Shown piece by piece: positions 18,386 to 32,600 of a DNA stretch of 64,000 bases. The position numbers and the translations under genes are program-made. Position 1 is the stretch's first letter. Every line of letters begins with the position of its first letter. The notes below the pieces were generated by a model. The model saw nothing but the letters and a program-made list of their open reading frames with translations. It made no database searches and was not told the origin of the DNA. This DNA is from Paramecium tetraurelia (taxonomy: Eukaryota): NCBI GenBank assembly GCA_000165425.1, contig CT868012.1, forward strand, positions 62,001 to 126,000. Direction: 5' to 3'.

Positions 18386-18401
18386 TTTATTATTTATATA
18401 A

Positions 18402-19892
18402 ATGGAAAAAGAACTCAAGGACATCCGAACCCATCATCTCAAGGTCATCGAAGACAAACTCATCGAACTCATCACTCACAAAAATAGAATACTTGCAGTC
18501 CAAAGCGAGGAAATAGGAGAATTCAAAAAAAACTTCGATGAATTCAAGCCTCTCACTCAAATAATTCAAAAAACTACCCGCGAATGTCTATCAGATTTTC
18601 AATCCAAATTGGACGAAGCCGACAGATAAGCCATCTAATAGTTCCATCAACAGTAGGATCAATTGGAATACCATGCCAGTCGTTTGAATCAACAACAGAA
18701 CCAAATCCAATCGATCCAAGAATTATTTGAATAACAAACTCGATCAAGGTTATAAATTGCCGAAATGCAAAAGGCCAAAGACAGAATGCTTATTGAGTTA
18801 CAGCAGACCAAAGAAGAACTCGAACAGAAGAAGTTCCTGAAGCAACAACTTATGAACAATTTTAAATTGAGTCAACAACAATAAATTCAACTGCAACAAG
18901 AACTCAAGGACACTGAAAATTAGAAAAGATACTGGAACAATCTCCTCCAAGAAGCCAAAGGCAGCATACGAGTCTATTGTCGTGTTAGACCAAATTCGTA
19001 AGAGGATATGTTATTACTAAATGGAGAATGCACCTTAGTACTTAGAGTTCCTGAGAGATTCCTCAAGTCAACCAACTGTTAGAAGGAAAGCAGTTTCAAT
19101 TTCGAGCACATTTTTAGCTAAGAAGCAGATCAATAGGAGATTTACAATGAACTCTCAGATTTGGTCCAAAATGTAGTGGATGGTCACAATGTGTGCATCT
19201 TTGCTTATGGATAAACTGGCTCTGGCAAAACCTACACCATGTAGGGGGATGATTTTCATAAAGGTGTAATACCGAGAGCTGTTGAGTAGATCTTCAAAGA
19301 GAGACAAGGGATGTTAGAACTTGGGTGGTAAATGAACATCAGAGTTGGCTTTCAAGAGATTTACAATGAGTAGAGCAGAGATCTAATCACAAATTAGAAG
19401 TGTGACGAGGTTAAATTATTGGATATCAAAGACATAGTGGAGGTGGCAGATCATTTTAATACTGCGAAGAAGAATAGACAAGTTGCAGATACACTTAGTA
19501 ATGAGGCGTCATCTCGAAGTCATTTTATATTTTAGTTAAACTTGTAAGGACATTTGGGGGATAAGTAAATAAATTCTACTTTAAATTTGATTGATTTGGC
19601 CGGTTCCGAGAGGGCCAATGTGGCCAAAACTGAAGGGGATAGATTTACTGAGACCAAGGCCATCAATAAGTCATTGAGTGCTTTAGGCGATGTGTTTAAT
19701 GCTCTTTATACGAAACAGCAGCATGTCCCATTCAGAAATAGCAAGTTGACCTTCTCGTTGTATAAGTATATGGAAGGCAGTTCGAAGACGTTGATGATGG
19801 TGAACATTTCGTCGAGATCAGAGGATTTTTAGCAAACACTTGCTAGTCTCAGATTTGCGGAGAAAGTAAAATCTTGCTCAATTAAGAAATGA
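18402..19892 (+). CDS. Kinesin-14 (C-terminal motor), ~496 aa
   Basis: N-terminal coiled coil, neck [15 protein letters not shown]-loop GQTGSGKT, SSRSH, DLAGSER and [10 protein letters not shown]. Intronless; TGA at 19890-19892. Confidence 0.95.
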
Positions 19893-19910
19893 ATTATATA
19901 TATTATATAA

Positions 19911-22900
19911 ATGCTATTATTTTTATTGTTCATTCCATCATTTACTTTGTATTGCTGTATGAATATGTATTAATCAAGGAGAAAACGATTTAACGATATA
20001 TGCATCGACCTACGAGCGGAAGGAATGGGATTTGAACAAATACTTTTATGGAGTAGATCTGACCTTTTCATTAAATGGCAATGAGGGGAATTTCGAACTA
20101 CTTCAAATCCTCCAGCTTTTAGAAGTCACCCAGGTTGACTTAAGTAGATAAACATATATGTCTTATAGGCGATGTTACATTGCTAGACATCCACTCAATG
20201 AAGACAGTGGGATTTGATACAAATCAGAAGGCCATTTTAATAAAGAATGAGTCCCTTTATTAAATAAGATACCCATCAGTTGAGATAGTGTATTACTAGA
20301 CCGATCAGCCATGTTCTTTCGTGAGAGTGATCTAAAAAGATGCAGTGCTGCTAGCGAATGGCAAACGATTCTGGATTGCCAAGCAATAGAATTACTACTA
20401 GGTTGACAGTTAAATCTTAGATATTGATATATACGAACAAAAGATATTGATCCTCACAAAGAACAATGTCCATATCTATTATTACGATGGATTTGTATGT
20501 GACTTTAATACAGTCATAAATCAAACAGTATTAACATCTCTGTTGCCTCAAACAGACAAATCATTCGAAATCATTAATGCCAAATTGGCACTAAAAGACC
20601 AAGTGGTTCTTTTGGATAAGTAATTAGGAGTCATCATATTAGAGAGTATTGATTTAGATCATTTTTCATTGGTACATCATCATAATTACACCTACTTCTC
20701 CACTTACTATTCGATGAGCTTGATGTTTGAAGATTTGTCCTATTAAATTATAGTTTCAACAATTCAGAATTCTATCTACGTACTTTCATTGGAAGAAATC
20801 GATTATTACTTTTGGCTTAATGGAGCATTGAACCTATCCTAATTCAATATGTCTGGACTCAGAGTAAATAGAGAACAGAAATACATTTGTCTATACAACT
20901 CCACTTTTATCAGCATCTACTAAATTTCAAACATGCAAAGAATGTATTCAAAATTATTTGAAACCCCAATATTGTTTGACTTCAGCTACTAGCAATCAAT
21001 AATCTATCTGGTCACTCAAACTACTCAACAAGTGTATTACGCCTCCACTGCAATGCTCATCATGAAACCCTTTACTCAACCTTCGAATGATTTCCAAAGA
21101 TTGCAAGTGATTGGCACAGAGGAATCACAATGTGCCATCACATTCAACTACATCATTTACGATTATTTAGATAACAATCTGTATCAGAAAACCAATGTGA
21201 TCAATCAGATCAAGCCATTTGTCAATTATCCAACCTATCCCTAGGCATCTATTTTCAAGGAATTAGGAGTGACAGGATCCAACATCAATGCTAAAATATA
21301 ATTGAATGATCAAAGCATTTCATTGAAGTTGGGATACTTAGAGGACATGAAAATTACTGGCATCATCTGGCCTGAAAACATGTTGTTTATTAGTATGTTT
21401 TCCAGTTGGAATTATGCTTATTACGTGATTTAAGTGCAAAGCTTTAAAGCCACTCTATACCAATGCTAAATATTCATACTCTTATATGAATTAAGATGTT
21501 AAAAAGTTCATGATTTCAGTCCGAACAGAGAATTAGATAATGATTCTTTTTAATGGATTGAAAAAGACGTAGTCATCTTTGGGTATATATCTAAATTCAG
21601 ACACACGATTGAGATCTTTTAATTAAAATAATCTATAGTCACAAAGTTATTTGTAATTTCTACAAGTTTGAAGGATGAAAATTCATTGATCAATTCCTTT
21701 TGTCTCACGGAATTTTACATATATGTGGTCCTAGAAAAAAAGGGAGAAATCCAAATATATTCCTTATAAAATTAAGAATTTGTCTACTCAATCACATCAT
21801 AGGATGTTCAACCGTACGAATTGAAGCCTAAATTTGTGAGAGTGGACAAGAAGCAGAATATGATAATCATCGCTAATTAAGATTCTCTGATCGCTGGATT
21901 TATGTATGATATCTTTAATATGGTGAATTACTTTTCCTTTCCAGAATGTCGATAGATAGAGGTGAGTTTGACAAGTTACTCATTTTTTGTAGCATTACAT
22001 TACGGTCATCAATAGGAGCTGAGAGAGTACAGTATGAGGAGAAGATAGGTGTCCTTCTTGAAGAAGATTCCACTATTCCATTACATATTGTAAACACCAT
22101 TGTAGATGATGTCATCCTTCGATTAAATCATAGTAAGAGCGTACACCCCAGTTCTCTAATAGACAGTCTTATTAGTATATTAACCGGATGTTAATCTAAG
22201 AGAATCCCTTTTAACTCACATTCCTTTAGGATGGTATTTGAAGGACACTCTAAGATTGGGAATTGCAAAGATGTACACTTATGGTTTATCGATACATGCA
22301 AGTTCAAAGTTTGGAATAAAGAACCTATTAATTTATAGGAATTTTCAAGCGGTGATATCATCATAATGGAATGATGAATACATTCACAAGAAGGAAATAG
22401 TAATTCAATATGATTCTATTGATTCACCGGAGCAAATAGAATTTAAATAGAATGTAACATTTTTGAATTTGATGACAAATATAGTTGCAGTGGTGAGCAA
22501 TGAAAGTCTGGTGGTCAATCAGGCTACGATGAAAATATAGAATGGGTGGTTTAAAGGACAGATAATTAAATATTAAGTAGAATGTTAACAATGCTAAGAT
22601 TAAATCTTGCTTACTCAAAAGATTGATATAATTCAGAGTCTAGAGTATTATTCTAATTTGTTGGGTGAATGTAAATTGGATGACGATTACTTTGTATTTT
22701 TGACCCCAAATCAATTGATATTTTTGGATTCGATGCATTATGTCAAGCATCCCTCCTTCTACTTCAATTTAGACCTATAATATTAAATTGGTAAGATTTG
22801 GTGTAAGAAAGATACAATACTAATAACTGGTTAGACCAACACATTGTAAGGATTTGTCTAGTTGATAAAATTCTAAGACAAACAATATCAAATGATCGGA

Positions 22901-24029
22901 GAACCCTTCTAATTTAAGTTGAGTTATCAGCTTATCTAATTGGAGTTGCTGGATGATGGTAACTTTCTGATTTTGGATGGGTATCAAATAATTGGAGGGT
23001 ATATGTATTACACTTCTAGACTTTGTGCTTACCATTATGAATTTACTCCACCAAAATCAGTCTCATATACTTACACACCTTGTGTGGACTAACGGAAATT
23101 CGGTGAATTTTTTGCATCCAGTTTCATAGCATACAAGGTTAATAACAAATATAGAGTATTCTTGAGTGATTTATCATAAGGGTTATTCATCTAAGATTTC
23201 CATTACATCGACAGTTCAATCAAATGCATAACAGCAGATGAGGCTCTCTACAGAGTGTCTCTGAGGCAACCAATAGAATAGATGATGGGACTGAATATTG
23301 ACGATGAAGTTCGATATCTTCAGGTGATTAAGAATGGAGACCCCTAAAACAACTTCCAGATATTCAAAATAATTCTCTTGACAAACTCAATAGCTCATTT
23401 ATCTCTGGTCTTGTACTTCGAAGACAATGTCTATCAGAAACTCTACATCGATGAAATGATCCAAAGATACTCCGATTTCGATGTGTTCTACTAGGCTTCC
23501 ATGGAAAAAGACTACCTGGCCTTGGCTTATCAGGCCAATTCCTACACCATCTGCATCTATAAACTAGGTTAGAAACAGTAGCCTATATTGATGATAGGAG
23601 GAGTTGAAACCTAATAGTCTTATCCAAACCAATTTTTCTCTCTTCACACCGACGAGAATGGGTAGACTCTGTTACATATGAACAAAGAGAGCAGGAAACT
23701 GAATCTTTACATCGTGGATGAATTTGCTACTCTCTCCTTTCTTGGCAATGCTACAGAACAACCAATCACTCTGACTGCCATCAATCAACTTACTTCAGCC
23801 TCTATCATTCTGAATGTTCAAATGAGCACAGTCAACCCTACTAATTTGTAAGTGTTTAATTATCTACACTAGATATTGGGTGTTGTTGACCATCTTGTTC
23901 TGTGTTCTGTTTTTGTTGTCCCTCCTAGCACTCATAGTTTATTAGAAGAATAAGAGATCGAGAAACAAACTTTAATCATAAACCAAAAGGAACAAAGGTG
24001 ATGCATACTGTTTATATAATTAATAATGA
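19911..24029 (+). CDS. Large type-I membrane protein (~1350 aa), architecture similar to 3426-7448
   Basis: Signal-like MLLFLLFIPSFTL. Introns at about 20144-20168 and 23848-23872. Long open frame, then C-terminal TM YWVLLTILFCVLFLLSLLALIVY and a basic tail. The junction near 19957-19981 is unresolved. Confidence 0.75.
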
Positions 24030-24068
24030 AACATAGTAATGTTAAATAAATAATATCAATTTATATAA

Positions 24069-24734
24069 ATGTTAGATTAATGTTAGTATTTTACATTTGA
24101 TTACTCATATCAATTCCTATGTCATAGAATAGAGAAGCGAATTTATCCTGCACATTATAAAGTCAAGAACAGAGCGATCAATTCATTCTTGGAAAAGATT
24201 CAGATAAATCCCATACCTTTTGAAATTGTCTCTATTGCAAACATGACCAATGTTAGCAAACACATTGCTGAAAGCGAGATAATCTATGAGAATGCTAAAA
24301 CCGTTGATGATTAGGAAAGGACTCAGGTTCCTCCAAATGAATTATGGGAAAAGGCTAAGCAATGTTGCACTCTTTTGGAATCCTCGAAAGTAGACACTCA
24401 GGATCTTATTCGCGTTTCTCACCTATATGATTAAATTTTAGATATTTTACAACCTCCAAAACCTCGACATGTGTATTTCATCTCACCTCACAACTCTGAT
24501 ACCGAGACCAAACAAAAGAAATTGGTCTACAATCCAGAGGCACTTAGCAATCTTATCAAAAGACTCAGGTCTGGGAGAGTGCAATCCCAAACCAGATCTT
24601 TGTTTCGATCTACACAGAGAATGCAAACATCATCCATTGGCAAATAGATCCAAAAAACTGAATTGAATGAACAATTGAGTACTCAAGCACTCAACTTTCT
24701 AAAGTAGTTAAAGAAGAAGCAATTGAATAAGTGA
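24069..24734 (+). CDS. Hypothetical protein (~221 aa)
   Basis: 666-nt ATG-to-TGA frame open in code 6, flanked by AT-rich spacers. No motif recognised. Confidence 0.6.
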
Positions 24735-24819
24735 ATTATTAGTGTTTATGATATTATTTCTATTTCTCTTTTATTTAATTTAATGATAATCCAAATATAT
24801 ATATATATAAATTTATTAC

Positions 24820-26500
24820 TCACTCTTGTTGTTCTTATTCATAAGGATCCTCTGCCTCCTCTCCTGGGATTATTGGCACATCACCTACAATGCTGATATT
24901 GTTATATGAGCACTAAACATACTTTGATACTGTACACTGAACATGGATCCCTTCTGATACTACACACTCATTTTCGATTATGTTCCTCTATACACAGATG
25001 GCCCCTTTCCTTTCACGACAGATTGACTCTTCTCTAAAGGATAAACTAGAGAAGCCTTGTCCTATTCCACATCCAATTCATGATATGAATCATCGATCTT
25101 TAGAAACAGACTACAAACAAATCCAATGATTAGCATGACAGTTGAGAAAATGTTCGTGTACAACACTCTATTGTCCTACTTGTCCTTTCCAGTTATGAAT
25201 GTCAAGATGTAAGTGAAAACCACGAAGAATAGCATGCTCCCCATATAAAAGGCACCCACTGCGAATGATGGTTCTATTGGTGCTATCAAATCGCATCCCA
25301 TGTCCATGATCACAGGTAGTATAGGCATCACACACATGGCCAAGAGAGTAATTACTATATAAATGTAGACCACATTGTTCGATGACAATGCAAAGTATAA
25401 TGACGCCATTGATAGTGTTGAACATAACAAAAAAATACGAACAAACTGTTTCTGTACCTTATACTTGTTTACAATATATGGCAGTGCTCCTTAAGCTATC
25501 AATCCGCCAATCAAAGGAAATGAAACTTAATTATGATAATTATTGTTATACCAACACCAGCCACTTAATCAGTCTCGTATTTGTATGGAGCCATCAGCAA
25601 TTCCATTATTACCAGGTAGGCTTTTAAGATCCCAAAGTACAGACTAAATGGAATGAATAGTAAAACAAAGTTTCTATTCTTAAATAGTCGCAGCATTATT
25701 CTCAACATGCCGCTTTTTCTTTCAATTTTGTTTATCTTCACAGGGACCTCACTAGGTCTACTCCTCAACATAAATAAACTAGGCACTATGGCCAAACTTA
25801 TGTAAAATTCAAGTAAGCATAAACTTTACATTTTGTCTTTTCCATCCTCGCATTCTGGGTCGTTGTCCAATTTATAACCCTTAAACATTATTCCAGGCAA
25901 TTAAGCTGAAACAACCAAGGATAATGTATTAACTACGTTTAGCAGAGTGATTATGATTATTCTCGACTTAGGATGGAACCAACTCATAGCCATTGATGCT
26001 TGAGAATTTAAAATGAAAGGTCTTCCTATTCCACATAGAACCTACCCGACTATCAAAACTGAAAATCTATATATAAAATATATATTGTTTACCCTGCTTG
26101 GTTTATCAATAACTTAATAGCACAGCCGACAATTGTTAGTATTACTCCTAAATTAGTAGCAGATGCCCATCCATAACTTGAAATTGCTAAGTAGATTACT
26201 CTTTATACTTTAAGCAGCAACAAATGACAATATTGGATGCATAACCATAAACACCGTCGAGGCTGTTGCAACTACCGCCAAGGATACATTATAGATCTCA
26301 GCCATAAACGAACTTATAGGCACGCATATTTCGTATGGCACTCCATTCACCAATACAACTAAAAAGTACAAAAGCAAAATAGCCCATCTATAAACTGATA
26401 ACTCTATATCTTTGATTGATTACGAATGAGATTTCACTAAGGAATTATCGGAAATCGATTTCACCTTTTGTTAATCAGCTTCAGATTTTTGATTACTCAT
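24820..26500 (-). CDS. MFS transporter, FLVCR/SLC49-like
   Basis: YRWAILLLYFLVVLVNG..ISSFMAEIYNVS, GIGRPFILNSQASMAMSWFHPKSR and FKNRNFVLLFIPF. Many TM segments and tiny introns. Confidence 0.85.
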
Positions 26501-26641
26501 ATTTAATGATCCGATAATTTTTCACAAATTACCTTATTTATTAATCTAAAAATAATCACCACAAATTGCGTAATCAACCACACTACACTTTGAATATTTA
26601 ATATATAAATTGAATAAAATATATCTATTGAATATCCGAAT

Positions 26642-29600
26642 TCAGAAAATTCCAAATCCTATCAATCCATAACTTATAGCAGTATCCAATTTCTATTTCA
26701 TTTCTTGATAACTTTTGTAGAGCGGCAATTCTATTAAATTAAAGCAAGTCCTGGTCGTTGGTATTAGGGTGTCCTTGAGATCCTGTTTGAACTCAACTTG
26801 TATCTTAAACTTCTCATTCGATGGCAACGTTGGACTTCCCGTGATGTATTGTAGTAGTTCTTTGAGTCTCTTGCTGCTCGATGTGTTGACATAATTGGTA
26901 AAGAATGAGATGTGATAGTCCTAGCCTCCCTTGAAACTCAAAATATTCAAAATCTATTCAGGTTTGATATCTTGAACTCCCAAAGTTATGAGACCCATAT
27001 CATTCGGTTTAAAGAACTTCTTTAAATCCTATAATTTCTATATAAATACATAGTACCTTAATTTCTAAAACTGATTGGAATCCTGAAATGAATGGCGTGT
27101 AAATATCCTAATACTGTGTCTGGATCACGTATTCTGCTACTTTGTCCAAATATACCGAACAGTTCTCTTTATTCACCGTTACATTCTAACCATCTGGAAT
27201 CAATTGAATCAATTCTTTTTTCTTCTAGTAAGTGAAATTAATTCCTAATGACTCCAATGTTTTTTCATCATATGAAAGCATCATTTCATAGTTTTAAAAT
27301 GTTATCGGATCTAAGAATCCATTGAGATCTTTAAATTGGATTTTCTCGGAAAATATCACTTTCCAAAACTATGGTTAGAATTGAATTCCTATTTGATGAT
27401 TATTAAATATTGAATTAGCCACGAACTATAAATAATATCTATAATTTTAAATACCTTCCCAAAAACATATGCGTAATCATTTTTCTTAGGTATATTTAAA
27501 AATTTTGGATCTATATAGTAATATCCTGGTGCCAACATACTAAAATATCCATATTATTCTGATTTTAGATTTTCTCCTTTCAACTCATTTCCTATTAATG
27601 AATAGAACTCTTTCCTTGGACCTCCTTAATCATAACCAGGTTCATTTATAAATTTAATCATTAATGGCCCAATAAGCTTCTCGTCTTTTAACTTCAGCAA
27701 ACTATCTAAGAAGTTTGCACGTACTATTAAAAGTTACTTCTCAACTTTATATATCTTTTTGCCTTCATTGTCGTATAAAATCAATCTCTAGAAATCCTGC
27801 ATATTCTTCTCGAATGACACACCTTGTAACTCCAATTTCTTTTCTAAAAATATTAAAGAATATATTACTCATTTTTTCTATGTCATTGATTTTTAGAACT
27901 AATTCTATCTCATCTACTTCTGTTATATCGTCCTCATCTATTGGCAGCACTCTCAGTGACACCTCTATTTTGCCTTCCAGAGATAATTTACTGTAATTTT
28001 ACTCTATATTAGACTTTTTGTGAGAACTTTCCACTTCTATTTTAACTGCATTCAACGCATTCTCTATTGATCCATAAATATTTTGTAACTTATCCTTCAA
28101 GAAAACATTAAATGTAATTTCCTAATAATAAGGAATGGTTTTGAGTTTTTCAGGAAAATCTAATTTAGATTTTTCTACATCCACTGAATTAGCCAAAACT
28201 ACAAAGTAGCTATCCACTTTATAGTTATTAATATATAGGTAATAGATCCCTTTAATTTGAGGTTCCCAATAAATTTTCAATCCAAAGTCTTCCTTTGTAT
28301 AATTAGGAACTATTTAGATCTTTTGATAAATTGAGTGCACAAAAACTATGGTTTAAAGAGTAAAATTGGGTGCCATATTCTCAAAATTGTCTTTAATTTC
28401 AATCACGTCTAACCGTTCTGATCCTACTTTTGTGGATTGATTTATTAATTATCTACTTTAAATATTCAGTACATTATTACTGAGGATCTGATTCAAATTA
28501 ATATTTTATTGGTTTTACTACATTTTCATATCTTCATTAACTGACAAAGACTTCATAATGAGTTTAAGGAATTTAGTTGTGCTAGAGACAATTTCTTTAA
28601 TTTTGTTTTATTACTCATTTTTAACAATGTTTTTGAATTCATTTTCAAACCATACACCAGTATGATAATACTTATACATCTATGAATCCTAAGTAGGAAG
28701 AAACTTTAGTTTGATTTCAGAACTGTAATCCTGTTTTATGCATGCTACTTAATACTAAGTAGTCTATATTGTAAATTCAAGTGGTTTAGAACAATTGAAC
28801 TCTATGAATATTATATTTGATGTAATGAATTTTACTTTGGCCTTTAAAGTGGTTGAATAATTTTTAAAATAAGAAAGAGGTCTTTCAACATTATTTTTGG
28901 TTATTATTTTTATTTTTGATAATTGCTCATCCAAAGATAAGTATTCCTATAAGCCGTTGATCAATATATATATTGGAAATCCGCATTTCTATTCCAAAGA
29001 GTTCTACTTTAAGTATTAAACCAATGGAGAGTATTTTTGACAACTCTTAATGCATACAACCTTTTGATATACTTACCCTTTCACTATTATAAATGCTGTT
29101 TCAAAATCTCTTGGGTCTAATCTACCTTCCAATTTTTTTATTTTTTATAATCCATAATGTATGTTCAATTCATATGATTATTAAACTTGTTGTTTCTCCT
29201 TTCTGATAAAATCATCAGCACTTAAAATCATTGATTACATCATCAATTAGTTCTTACTTAGTATCTTTTTATCCAATTCATTGTAACTACTTTAATACTA
29301 GTTTGTGTAGTTATTTAAATAATCTAATAAGAAGTCTTCCAACCTGAAATCTTAGAATCTTTCATAAAATAATTGCACTTCATTTCTGTCCTTAGAAAAC
29401 TAATATAGCTATATAGATTTTTAAGTTTATTGGGTTATCAGAAATAGAATCTTTTTATCGTTTTTTATTGCAATCAATTTATGGAGATATTTTGTCATTA
29501 GAAGCAAAATCAAGATTTCTTATTCAAACTGTTTCTCATAATTCTAATCGATGATTATTTCAAATTTTGCTTTTTCCATTAATAGATCACTAAAATTGTA

Positions 29601-32600
29601 TTTAGTAAAATTGATTATTAGTTGATTAAGAAACTATCCGATTTTATTTCCAGAGGGGACCTCAATGCTTAAAGTTTTGATAGGAACCTAACTTTTTTTA
29701 GTTATTTCTTCCTTTTATATTAAAAACGTTTTTAATTTCAGGACTCCGTTTTCAAAGAAAATTAATTAATTGTTACTTTCAGTTGTAAGATCAAAAGTAA
29801 ATTCAATTACCTTAAATATACTCATCAATAAGTTTTTCTTGATCTATTATTGATTGATGTCAAACATAAAACCAAGAGCATTTTCAACTTAAGGTATGTA
29901 TTTATCAGTAAAGAATGTCTCATACCCTTATTGAAATTCCACAAAAGCAATCTGGGATTACATGATATTATCCAAATAATAAGATGGATTTGAATTAAAA
30001 TCATCACTAAACTTTATTATCATCTAGATTTTTGACAGTTCATTGTGAGACTCCTTAAATTGAGTTAACTATTTGACATGATACTAGGCAATGTCATTTG
30101 AATCAAAATAACTTGCTATATTCAACAAATCCAATTTCAATTTATCTATTTAGAAATCTATATCATTTATTTTAATAATCATCTTCTAGCAGTTCGTGAC
30201 CTCAGTTTTAGATTACTTAGTTTTTCCAGATTCAAATTCATAAAGGATTTAGTTTGGAAATATTGGGATAATTTCAGCTACGGTGAATTAACTGTAGGTT
30301 TGAACTTAATTCTTACCAAAAGCAATATCCAATAGTTATCGCTTAATAGATTCACTATCTGTTTCTTAGATTTGAATCAGCTTTTTGGCCAAACGTTATT
30401 CGTGAATAAAGTACAGATTTCCATTTTGATCAGTGACGTATAAGTTGATCATATTATTAATGAAATCTGGATCATCTGGCCATCCTTTTTCAAACAATAT
30501 CACTGCAATTATGTCTTCATTGTCAACGATTTCTATTCTATCATCTTCGCTATCTTTCTTCCTCATCTTATTCGACATAGCACAATATTATTCTAGTTAT
30601 TCTTACGATAAGGTAGAAACTGAAGATTCATCAAATTAATAAAATACTAGCTTTCCTTATCTACTATTATCTACCAATTAACATAGAGTTGTCTAAAGAT
30701 ATTGGTATTCATTCTTGTGAACCACTATTAATAGATCCCCAATTTGATTCTTAGACATGTAAAAGTTGGGCTTTAACTAAAATCCAAAGTATAAACTAAT
30801 AATCTTATCACAATTTCGATTGGGATATCTAATCTTCGTTATGACTTTTGCTTTTTAGACAGCCACAATTTTACGATGATTCGGTAATTCATCCTATGAA
30901 CGATTGAAGCCTTACCTTAATGAATGAAGAAGCGACGACAGTTTGGTTTAAAATTGATATTCGAAATTGTGACTTTACAACTATTCGATCAACAACTATT
31001 CAGATTTATCCAAAAAGAACTCAGATAATTTAATTAGGAGTTCTTTGATTTAAGTTTGCATTCTTAGCTATTACTTTCTATCTTTCAGAGTTCTTATTTA
31101 CTGAATTTCAGATTACAATATGTCTAATAATGATTGATGATTCACTGTTATGATAACATCTTTATTAAGCATTTTACTGAGATTTTATGAAACTTATTGT
31201 AGTTTACGATCAACATCCAATTTAGCAAATATATATTAAATTATCTATTTAGAATTAAAGATTTAAAACAGTAAATCTTCTTCGTTTATAATATTGCAGT
31301 AATAATAGTCAATTTCTTATTATTTCAAAAAATTGTGGCTTTGATTTTGTCTATTAGTGGAAACCTATTGTTTTAATTGAGGTTACTTCTTGATATTCAT
31401 AATGTTCAATCTAACTACCAGAGTTTGTTATTGCAGAAAATAATGAGTTTAACCAAATCTAAAATACTAGTCCAGCCCTCCTTCTTAATACGTATTTTCA
31501 AATGGTAAATCCTAGATCTCATTGAATTCTACATAAATTCTTCTTAAAACTGATAAAATGTTTTGGTATTTAAGCATATTGCAATATAGAACTTACAGCA
31601 GAATCATTATTAAGGTATTCCAATTTAAAATAGAGTCCAAAAGTGATAGGATATCAACTGGTTTATTATCATAAGTGTTGAAATCAATCATGTTGCTTAT
31701 CAAAACTTCTAGAGTGGAAATTGCACTAATTCTCCACTAAATCTTTTCAACATCCCCTAGATTTTTAGCATATTACTTAACATTTTCATGAAACTAGTGG
31801 AGTTTTTAGAACACCACTTAGATTGTGTATGTGGAGAAAAGGGATTTTTCACTATAGAATTTTTCATCCTTTACATAGTAAGGGTAATTAATTTGCCATT
31901 ATTTCAAGTCTTCATTTGCAATAGCTGATTTCAGATTTTCATGGTATTAATAAAACTGGGATATAACAAAGGAGATGGACTCCCTACCATTATATTTCCT
32001 TAAAAATTCGGCCTCTGTGCATTGTTCTAATGTTACTATTGATTCTAAAGGGTTGAAAAAATGGTAATACTCCATAAAGATTATTTATGACTTGTTCACC
32101 TTTGAATCTCTCACTTTATAATTGTTATTATTGACTAATTCGAGCATGAAATCATAATTCTATTTAATAAATTAAATATCTTCTTATTTAACTTGCTTTG
32201 AGTTTGGATTCTCTGTTTATTTTTTTTCAAAGATCGTCGACTATTTATCGAATTAAGTCACCTACTTCTAGAAGGTATTTTGTTAACCTAAGTGTGGAGC
32301 CTCCATGTCATCAATTGAATAGTTTCCTTCAAGTAGTCCAAGTATATCGTTTTATTAATACTCCGATAAATTAAGAATTTCGTTGATATTTTCTTTGATA
32401 TTCTTTTCTAATCTGATTTTTTTCAATTATTCAATTAGTTTATCATATTTTTCTTAGCTGAAATAAAGTTCGTCTTTATTGTATTCTAAAGGAAGGATAA
32501 TCTAATCATCCGATTGATACATTTGTTCATTTTCAAACTTAACAATAAACTCTGGTTAATAATCTCTCTATATAAATCCTAAATAAATTAAATAGTTTTT

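Noticed and set aside
21946..22194. Track ORF MSIDRGEFDK as a separate or overlapping gene
   Set aside because: It is off-frame inside the 19911-24029 gene, whose own frame is open here in code 6.
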